Below, one piece after another: positions 19,122-26,605 of a stretch of 64,000 bases of DNA (positions within the stretch are counted from its first letter, which is position 1; each line of letters opens with the position of its first letter). The DNA is from an uncultured virus (IMG/VR IMGVR_UViG_3300028586_000757) (Duplodnaviria; Heunggongvirae; Uroviricota; Caudoviricetes), in IMG/VR virus record IMGVR_UViG_3300028586_000757; one strand, 5' to 3'. The notes beneath the pieces were generated by a model that worked only from the letters and a program-made list of their open reading frames with translations, ran no database searches and was not told where the DNA came from. A program made the translations under genes and the position numbers.

Positions 19122-21306
19122 TGATATTTTCCTCGAAAAGATTCATGTATCGCTTGCACATGGTGTCCATGCTGAATTGTTTCGCGTGCGAGAGGGCACG
19201 ACGTTTCAGTTCAGCACGGTCCAGGCGCAAAAGGGTGACAATTGCGCTCGCAAGCGACTCTGCCGTTACTTCTTCTGGCAGCAGCACGCCGGTATGGCCA
19301 TCGATGACGAGCTCCCGGGTACCGCCGCTGTCATTCGCCACAATCGGAACCCCGGCGGCCAACGCCTCCAGAACAGCATTAGGGCAGCCTTGGTGCATGC
19401 CCAAAACAACCGCACCGTCAAACTGACCGAGCGAGCTGACCAGGTCAGGCTTGGCTCCATGGAAGAATACGAATTCTTTCATGGGTTCGGCCTGGGCCAG
19501 CAACGCGTCCAGGACATCTAAGGCGCGCTCTTCTGCTTGGCCGTAGATGTGCAGTTCACACTCTACGTGCTGTCTCACTAGCGGCATGGCCGCCAGGATG
19601 ACATCGAGCTGCTTTGACTCGGCGATGCGGCCCTGGACGACCAGCTTTCGCGTATCCGACGCAGGCATTTCCAGGGCTTCCGGAACGCCATTGGGGATGA
19701 ACTTGAGCTTGTCTTTTACTTCGGCCGGAACCTCCGTCGACGTGAATTTCAGGACCAGCGCTTCAAGCGCCTCGTAGCACTGCTTGCCGGTGAAGGCCAG
19801 TTCCTTCTGGAACTGAGCAATCTCGTCCATTTCCAGGAAGGCATAATGCCCTGGCGAGACGTCGATGATACGGTGATGTGGCAAGAACTTTGTCAGCAGG
19901 AGCTTGAGCTTGGGGTCCATGTTCCAGAAGACCAAGGTCCGAACTGGATTGTTCGACACGTAGGTCAGGAGCGCTTCTGCAATATCCAAGACATTGCGCG
20001 AGGCACAGGGCCGGAACGCTTTTACGCCAGAGGCCTTCAACATGTCGCCAAAGAACGGGTTCGTGCTGATACCGGTTACGGCGACCTCAAAGTCAAGGCG
20101 GCCAGTCAGGGCCGTGGCCAGATTGACCAACGAGCGCTGCGCGCCGCCGGCGTTCAGGTTCGCAGTCAAGAACAGGACTTTTCCAGTGCTTGCCGCGGCC
20201 ACCGGCGCTACAGCAGCCAACGTCCACAGCCGGCTCGTTGAAAACAGCGGCTTGCCGTTGTCTGCTTCGAGCTCCGCGCGAACGGGGCAGTCCTGCAGCG
20301 CTTGCACGTAGGCTTGCACATCGTCGGCCGCGACCAGCGTCAGGGCAGGGTGGTCAATCTCTGATTGGCCGCCTACATCCGCCGCGATTACCGGCAGGCC
20401 GCTGAACAGCGCTTCCTGGCTGGCAATCGAAAAACCCTCGAAGTCGCTCGTGTTGAGGACGACGTCAAAGGCTGGCATGACCGTCTCGATGTCTACAAAA
20501 CCCGGTAAGAATACCGAGCCTTGCAGTCGAAGCCGCGCGCCTTCTTTGCACAGGTCGACGAACAGCTGCTTACCTGTGTCGCCTTGGTAGCCGCCGGCGA
20601 TGAGCAGTTTGGCATTGCGCTCGTACTGCAGCTCGGCCAAGACGGCCAAGGCCCGTTGGTAGTTCTTTTGCGACTTCAGGCTACCGACCATGCCGATGAA
20701 CAGTTCATCGTCGGCCACGCGATAGCGTGCCCTGACGGCTTGGCGCTGCTCCTGAGAGAACACACCTGGCGACACCTTGGGCCGATGACGGATTACCACG
20801 ACCGGTACTTCGCAACCATGCGCTTTTAGCTCGTCTCCGATTTTTTCGGAAACCGCAATCGCGAACGGGACATTGCGACGACCCCACAGGGCGGGGTCAT
20901 TGCGCCAACCGGCTTTCGCGTTGTGCACCGTTGGAATCACGGCTAGGCCGTGGGCCCACAGCACTTCGAGGTATTGGTCACGGACCAGGTGGACGCAAAT
21001 CCGGCCTGATTCGGCTTTCGCACTTACGGCTACCTGCTCCATGAAGGCGTCCATATTGCCTCTGCGGCGTAGCACCGGGATATTTTCCGGAACTGGCCAT
21101 TCGGCAGGCAAGTTAGTTTGAACTGCCAGGCGGACTGCGTAACCTTGGGCGACAGCACTGGTAAGCCAGTCGAGCACGATGCGCTCGGCACCCCCACGAG
21201 CAAGGCTCGCAAGCACTACCCAGAGGACTTCCTTTTTTGCTTCCACGAGAGGAAGCTGTCGGTCGCTGGCGCGCGCGACAAGTTTGTCGTACACGTGACT
21301 ACCCAT
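19051..21306 (-). CDS. Tandem two-domain glycosyltransferase (GT4/GT-B)
   Basis: LARGGAERIV and LNAGGAQRSL; EGFSIASQEA..GLPVIAADVGG and QGCPNAVLEALAAGVPIVANDSGG. Confidence 0.9.
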   Translation of the reverse strand: MGSHVYDKLVARASDRQLPLVEAKKEVLWVVLASLARGGAERIVLDWLTSAVAQGYAVRLAVQTNLPAEWPVPENIPVLRRRGNMDAFMEQVAVSAKAESGRICVHLVRDQYLEVLWAHGLAVIPTVHNAKAGWRNDPALWGRRNVPFAIAVSEKIGDELKAHGCEVPVVVIRHRPKVSPGVFSQEQRQAVRARYRVADDELFIGMVGSLKSQKNYQRALAVLAELQYERNAKLLIAGGYQGDTGKQLFVDLCKEGARLRLQGSVFLPGFVDIETVMPAFDVVLNTSDFEGFSIASQEALFSGLPVIAADVGGQSEIDHPALTLVAADDVQAYVQALQDCPVRAELEADNGKPLFSTSRLWTLAAVAPVAAASTGKVLFLTANLNAGGAQRSLVNLATALTGRLDFEVAVTGISTNPFFGDMLKASGVKAFRPCASRNVLDIAEALLTYVSNNPVRTLVFWNMDPKLKLLLTKFLPHHRIIDVSPGHYAFLEMDEIAQFQKELAFTGKQCYEALEALVLKFTSTEVPAEVKDKLKFIPNGVPEALEMPASDTRKLVVQGRIAESKQLDVILAAMPLVRQHVECELHIYGQAEERALDVLDALLAQAEPMKEFVFFHGAKPDLVSSLGQFDGAVVLGMHQGCPNAVLEALAAGVPIVANDSGGTRELVIDGHTGVLLPEEVTAESLASAIVTLLRLDRAELKRRALSHAKQFSMDTMCKRYMNLFEENINDYESAAEVLVEEQDLQADAVPQ

Positions 21307-21470
21307 GAGTTTTCCTATGATGATGCCTGTACGCTAGCTGCGTCAGGACTCTTATTTGAGATAATGATGATGTGCGACATAGTTCCCTATGTGCAATGGC
21401 CTGACAAGTCTAGCGAACCCTTCTCTGAGAAGAAAAACAACAGGTTCGCAGCGGGCTAAGTAGCGCACAC

Positions 21471-21737
21471 TTAGGTGAGCTTAAGCAGGGACGTCATCTG
21501 AGTAGGTGAGGTTGAGCGGGCTATGTGGCGAGTAACCGAGGCTCGCCGGGGGATTCCAAGGACTTTCGGGCTACCGGGAAGGTAACCTGGCCATAGAAAT
21601 GTGAAAAACGTGCGGCAAGGTGAGGTTTTACAGGCACAGGGCGACCTGTGTTGGTCGCGGCTACACAGCTTCGGTTCGCAAAGGTGAGACGCCACAGGGG
21701 CCTCCGGACAGGAGATATTGGGCTCTAGCTCACCTTT
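21471..21737 (+). ncRNA. Candidate structured ncRNA of about 265 nt
   Basis: Ends pair (AGGTGAGCT 21473-81 with AGCTCACCT 21727-35); several internal hairpins including a UUCG loop; no credible ORF. Confidence 0.5.
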
Positions 21738-21785
21738 GGGCGGCCGCTGAAAAAGAAAAACGCCTGGATGTCCAGGCGTTTGTAA

Positions 21786-22295
21786 TCAGGCAGGGTCTTT
21801 CTTCGGGCCGAGGAAGCCCTTGAGTACGGCGTAGAGCTCACAAGTCCAGAGGCCCGGTCCGGATTCTGACAGGCGCCGGATGACCGATTTGGCCAGCTGC
21901 TCCTTGTTCGAGAACGAGCAGTGCTCTTCTTCGTAGTGCCGGGTCAGCGCTTCCAGGTCCATTTCCTTCGTCAACGTGCCCAGGCACTCGAAGTCCGTTT
22001 CAAGCTTGGACTCTTCGACGACAATCCACTGGCCATACCTGTTCGGCAGGAATCCGTATTTTTTGAGAAACTCATCCGACCGACGGTCCTGACTCCAGTC
22101 GTCCCAGTCGAGGTCCGGGTGGTCGCCGTAGGGCTTGAGCAGTGCGCCCATCAGCGCCGGCTTACCAGGCTCAACCATGACAGCAATCGGGACGATGGTA
22201 TGCTCCAGCGTATAAGCCACACCCGTGCCTTTGTGGCGATACACGACGTCTTTTTTCGTAACTATCATTGCCTTCTCCTTCGCATTTTTGTTCAC
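21786..22295 (-). CDS. Hypothetical protein
   Basis: ORF with terminator at about 21757-21781. Confidence 0.6.
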   Translation of the reverse strand: MNKNAKEKAMIVTKKDVVYRHKGTGVAYTLEHTIVPIAVMVEPGKPALMGALLKPYGDHPDLDWDDWSQDRRSDEFLKKYGFLPNRYGQWIVVEESKLETDFECLGTLTKEMDLEALTRHYEEEHCSFSNKEQLAKSVIRRLSESGPGLWTCELYAVLKGFLGPKKDPA

Positions 22296-22380
22296 CTATC
22301 CGGTGTAGACATCGGTATCCGCAAGAGCGCCGGCGCAGCGGTTTCTATAACGGTTAGGTCAACTATTGAAAAATCCCATC

Positions 22381-22587
22381 ATGAATCAAGCTATCCAAGC
22401 CGCCATCCGTTCGCAGTTCAAGCCCGCGGTCGACCCTCATGCCGTCGTCATCACCGCGGAACAACTTCAAGGGATGAAAGACTCCCACAGCATCTCCCAG
22501 CTGTACGAAGCCTATGGCCGCAGCACTCGACCAACCGTCGGCGCCCAAGGAAAGCTGTTTTTGCTCGGAAGCGAGAAGCGCTGCTAA
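22381..22587 (+). CDS. Small hypothetical protein
   Basis: Motif at 22345-22360 upstream; terminator downstream. Confidence 0.55.
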   Translation: MNQAIQAAIRSQFKPAVDPHAVVITAEQLQGMKDSHSISQLYEAYGRSTRPTVGAQGKLFLLGSEKRC

Positions 22588-22738
22588 GCATCGCATCCAC
22601 TCCAACTTCAAGACGCCCCCCCCCCGGGCGTCTTTTCTTTGGGTGTGCCGTTAAGTGAGTTGCTGCGCAGGAGTGTGGTGAAGCCGTTTTTTTTGGCCTT
22701 CCTATAAAAGATAGGTCAACTTTATTAGGATTTTCACC

Positions 22739-23110
22739 ATGTCCACCATCAACTTCCTGAATCAAAACGCAGTTCGTAACCGTTATGGCGCAATGCTGGC
22801 AGCAATTCACGCTCGCCTGGCTGAAGTCGCCACCGGCCGTACCAGCGAAGAACTCGACTCGTTCAAGTTCGTCCGGGAGCGTGGCCGTGGTCTCCTCCCT
22901 GACGTCGCAACCTTCCGTTACGCGCAAGCTGAAGCCAAGCAGTTCCAGGCTCAGTTCGACAAAGCCGACTGGTCCCCCCTGTCGTCTGACGTGTACTGGC
23001 TGAAGTTGGGCGTCGAGGTGCTGTCCCTGACGCTGCAATGCACGACCGCTGCCACCAACACCCAGGTGCCGCAGGTGGTTCCTCGCAACGCCGTCGCCAT
23101 GGCTGCATGA
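22739..23110 (+). CDS. Hypothetical protein
   Basis: Motif at 22702-22717; RBS AGGA. Confidence 0.65.
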   Translation: MSTINFLNQNAVRNRYGAMLAAIHARLAEVATGRTSEELDSFKFVRERGRGLLPDVATFRYAQAEAKQFQAQFDKADWSPLSSDVYWLKLGVEVLSLTLQCTTAATNTQVPQVVPRNAVAMAA

Positions 23111-23273
23111 GGCAGTCCTGTATCAGTCATCACTGAGGGTTCCCGCCGTCAGTGAATCAGATAGCCCAGGCATCGCCCGGGTCTCCTGACTTCAAACGCC
23201 AGCTCATGCTGGCGTTTTGTTTTGCGGCGGATACAAAAAGACCGCCGGGCGGCGGTCTAGTAAGGGGTGATGG

Positions 23274-23744
23274 TTACAGCAGAGGGGAGGGTTCAGCGTT
23301 CGGGTCGAACGACAAAGGTGTTGCTTCGTTGATGGTTGAGTCCAAATTATCGAGCACCTGCTCGAGGTCGACTACGTCCTGGTTCGTCAGGTTGTCCTTG
23401 TCCAGAATCCGCTCAGCTTCTTTTTGCAAGCCGTAAGCCTGGTCGACCTGGACCGAGCTCTCCGCGGCATCCGACGTTTGGGGTGCATCAGTATCGTCGT
23501 CAGACGCGTCCAGCACTTGCGCGTACTCGGCTGAAACGTGCTGGTCAACGCGAGTAAGCAGGTCCTTCAAATCGTCAAGACGCTCCTCGTGTTCGGCCAC
23601 TTCTTCGGGGTCGGCCGGGGCGTCCGGGTTCCACTCGTCGGCGGCGCCGGCAGCTGGAGTTATTGAGGCCGCATTGGGTGCTGCATCAGCGGGTCCAGGT
23701 ACTGGCGCGGAGGGCGCTGCACCATAATTGAGTTCATTGTCCAT
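23274..23744 (-). CDS. Very acidic hypothetical protein
   Basis: RBS AAGGAG; D/E-rich. Confidence 0.6.
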   Translation of the reverse strand: MDNELNYGAAPSAPVPGPADAAPNAASITPAAGAADEWNPDAPADPEEVAEHEERLDDLKDLLTRVDQHVSAEYAQVLDASDDDTDAPQTSDAAESSVQVDQAYGLQKEAERILDKDNLTNQDVVDLEQVLDNLDSTINEATPLSFDPNAEPSPLL

Positions 23745-23905
23745 GGTTGGACTCCTTTCTGTCATAGCCGTTGGCCACAGAATTCCTATTCCGCACGTGC
23801 GGCCGGCCATTATGCCAGCACCGGCCAGAATTTTCAGTATCGACAACCGGGCGTGCTCGCCTGCGCTCTTGCTACACAAGACAGGACATTTACAAAGGAG
23901 AGCAC

Positions 23906-24547
23906 ATGAGCGGTACGAGCACCACCAGCACTACCCAAGGTTTCGGCCTGCGTCACAAAGTGACAGGCCAGCTGGCGCACATTTACGAAGAAGACACGGA
24001 CGGCGGCGGCTACTCGAACGAGAACCAGTACCGACTGCTCGAGTCGGACACGGGCTATCGTTGCAAGGTCTTCGAGGTCGACTCGGCAAATAAGGCTGCG
24101 CTCGTTCTGGTCATCAATACCGCCTGGTACAACTCGACTGAAGAAAAGCCGGGCTGGGGCGGACTGGACATGACCGAGTACGAAGTCGTGGAAATCGTTC
24201 GCACGTCGACCGTGTCGGTCGAACCATGCAATGTGCCGATTCCGGTCACGTTCACCGAAATCGTCGAGCAGCGTCGCACCATGCTGAAGTTGGCTGAACG
24301 CTACCTGGGCCATGCTATTACCGAGGACATCGGCAATCGCGACCTCAAGTTCACGGTGGCCCCACTGCCCGAAGGCGAAACGGTGGCCAGCATCAAGGAC
24401 AAATGCACGAATCGTCCGGTTCTCATCGGCGCCGGCAACGAATACCCCGAGCTCTGCCTGGGCGCCTTCGAGCTGCCGGACGAGTATGCGGCACTGTTCG
24501 AAAACGGCGACGGCGTCGGTATTATTTTGACGCATTTCTCGCGCTGA
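23906..24547 (+). CDS. Hypothetical protein
   Basis: Motif at 23872-23887; RBS AAGGAG. Confidence 0.7.
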   Translation: MSGTSTTSTTQGFGLRHKVTGQLAHIYEEDTDGGGYSNENQYRLLESDTGYRCKVFEVDSANKAALVLVINTAWYNSTEEKPGWGGLDMTEYEVVEIVRTSTVSVEPCNVPIPVTFTEIVEQRRTMLKLAERYLGHAITEDIGNRDLKFTVAPLPEGETVASIKDKCTNRPVLIGAGNEYPELCLGAFELPDEYAALFENGDGVGIILTHFSR

Positions 24548-24646
24548 CCGCATCTGCAATATTCCACAGCTCCCTTCCTGGGAGCTGTTTTCATTGATAT
24601 TGTGAACAGTGCGTGGTAAATTACCTAGAAGTCAAAAGGTAATAAC

Positions 24647-25126
24647 ATGGAAAAGACAGTTTTCGAGCACAGGCGGGACAATCTACTGCAGCTCATTGAA
24701 CGCTACGAGACTCAAGAAGCACTACAGCGCGTGACGGGCATCGCAGCATCAGTTCTTTCCAGAATGAAGAGTTGGAGCCCTACCGCGTCCAATCCGAACC
24801 ACAAGCGCATCGGCGAGAAACTAGCACGACAGTTTGAGCAGACCCTAAAGCTGCCTGCGTATTGGATGGATGCGCCGCACACTGGAGAAGAGTTCGCGGG
24901 GCTCAGAGTCGTTTCCTCGCGGCTTAGCTCTCTGGCCAGCTTGGCTGTGCCAGCGTCAGTCAATCAGGGAGTATCCGTCGATACCTCAATGCTTAGTCCT
25001 ATTCAGGTGGCAACGCATGACACCCTGATAAAGCTGATGGCGGCAGGTAAGCTCCCTGATACGGCATGCCTAAAGCTCCTGCAGGGATGGCAGGGTGCTC
25101 TGGAAGAATTAGACCGGACCACATAA
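24647..25126 (+). CDS. Phage-repressor-like HTH protein
   Basis: RRDNLLQLI...IGEKLARQFEQTLKLPAYWMD; no peptidase domain. Confidence 0.7.
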   Translation: MEKTVFEHRRDNLLQLIERYETQEALQRVTGIAASVLSRMKSWSPTASNPNHKRIGEKLARQFEQTLKLPAYWMDAPHTGEEFAGLRVVSSRLSSLASLAVPASVNQGVSVDTSMLSPIQVATHDTLIKLMAAGKLPDTACLKLLQGWQGALEELDRTT

Positions 25127-25180
25127 GGCTCCACGGGCTAAAGCCAACGCAGATACTTCAATATTACCTGGAGGTGTTTC

Positions 25181-25480
25181 ATGACTCTTAATTTTGGCGT
25201 AGTCCTTGTAGTGCTTGTAGGCTTGGTAGGGGTGGGTTATTGGCTGCGTCAGTCAGATGCCTGGAAAAGCATGGTTAAGCCCCGGCGTTCGTTCAAGGAA
25301 CGGGTGCAGCTGCCGCCGGAGCATGAAGACATTCTGCGGATGTCGTTAGGGCAGATTAGCCGCGAGATTGAGCGGCTTGAATACGTTCATCGAGCGAAGG
25401 AGACTCCTGTCGAGGAGGCTCAAGCAGCGTACTTGCGAGTCTTCTGGTTGCAGCGAGCCAGGAGCATGGCCATACACTAG
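25181..25480 (+). CDS. Membrane-anchored hypothetical protein
   Basis: RBS GGAGG; N-terminal TM. Confidence 0.6.
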   Translation: MTLNFGVVLVVLVGLVGVGYWLRQSDAWKSMVKPRRSFKERVQLPPEHEDILRMSLGQISREIERLEYVHRAKETPVEEAQAAYLRVFWLQRARSMAIH

Positions 25481-25653
25481 GGTATCGCGGCGCCTAGAAA
25501 GGCTTCCGGACGACCAAGCTTTACCGACTACGGCTCCTTTCAGGAGCCGTTTTTCTTTGTCATCCGGGATTGGCCAAACGTTCGGCGCTCCCGAAGGTGG
25601 GACCTTGGTATCTATAATTGGGTAGGAGCTTCTGGCTCTCGGGTTCAGCGCCC

Positions 25654-25747
25654 GCCGTCCTCGCTCCGCAAGGAGTCCGGTTAAACCCTGAATACACCCA
25701 AGCCCTTACTTTCCAATCCCTGAATTGGTTGTTTCGGCAATGAGGAC
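25654..25747 (+). ncRNA. Candidate structured leader RNA, copy 2
   Basis: GCCGTCCTC...TCGGCAATGAGGAC; GTCCTC/GAGGAC stem; GCTCC-GCAA-GGAGT hairpin; TATAAT at 25614. Confidence 0.65.
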
Positions 25748-25789
25748 ACCGTACACAAAAAAGGCCAATCCTGATGAAAGGAAGTCAAC

Positions 25790-26530
25790 ATGTCGGACAC
25801 TATCAAAGCCCAGTCGTTTGTGCTCGCACGCGCGCTGGAGAAACTCGGAATCCGCCTGTCGCACGGTAACGCCCTGGATGTCATTGCGCAACTGGAAGGG
25901 GCCGAGAGCTGGAATCATTTTCTGGCTAAGCAGCCTAAGACCGAGCCTCCGCAGGACTGCGCAGCAGTAGCACCGGAACGACGCGCATTGGCGGAACAAG
26001 CTGCGGCTGAAGTCGCAAGCACTGCCGGCTCGACGTACGCTCCGGGCGACCAGGTGTCTGTGCTGGTATCTGGGGGCCTGGACGCCCCGCTGCCAGTCCA
26101 TGTGCGGACCCTGCACAATCCGGAGGACCTGCTGCAGGCATCGTTACGTCTGCTCATGGCTGAGGAGGACTCACAGCCGAGGCTCTACCAGAAGGTCACG
26201 CTGGAACAAACTGCCAAAGGCTTCTCTGTCATTAAAGTAGAACCGCTCACGAGAGATGCGTTGACAAGCGCATCGGTGAACATCGAGTTGCGGCCTGCAC
26301 GCCCAGGGGAGCAGATGGTCATGTGTCCACTTAGCGGTCTGATGTATAAGCCGCGCAGTGGTCGGTTCAACGTCGCCATGCACTATGTCGGCGTGTTTCT
26401 GCCGGGAGAGGCCTCTCCCGTCATGAAGGCGCTCGTGCCCGCCCGTGTATGGGATGCTGCCCGCTCGCCTGGAGCAAAGTCCTTCCGGCTCTCGTTGGGC
26501 GAGATGGCTGCCGCCTATCACCAGCAGTAA
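25790..26530 (+). CDS. Glyoxalase-superfamily-like N-terminal domain protein
   Basis: LEKLGIRLSHGNALDVIAQLEGAESWNHF. Confidence 0.7.
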   Translation: MSDTIKAQSFVLARALEKLGIRLSHGNALDVIAQLEGAESWNHFLAKQPKTEPPQDCAAVAPERRALAEQAAAEVASTAGSTYAPGDQVSVLVSGGLDAPLPVHVRTLHNPEDLLQASLRLLMAEEDSQPRLYQKVTLEQTAKGFSVIKVEPLTRDALTSASVNIELRPARPGEQMVMCPLSGLMYKPRSGRFNVAMHYVGVFLPGEASPVMKALVPARVWDAARSPGAKSFRLSLGEMAAAYHQQ

Positions 26531-26605
26531 TCGCTACGCCGTACCTTGCACATCATTCAAAACACCCTGGTAACTGCCAGGGTGTTTTTCTTTGTCCAGC
26601 CTAAT

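Noticed and set aside
17787..19124. Long antisense ORFs (e.g. 1651..2382+, 11242..12246-, 15005..16048-, 17787..19124+)
   Set aside because: Shadow frames of GC-rich genes, with no RBS or motifs.
25640..25747. Leader RNAs as HDV-like ribozymes (3' GGCAAU plus a closing stem resembles J4/2-P2)
   Set aside because: No consistent 7-bp P1, L3 (UCC..G) or P1.1 GG across copies. A self-cleavage assay would settle it.
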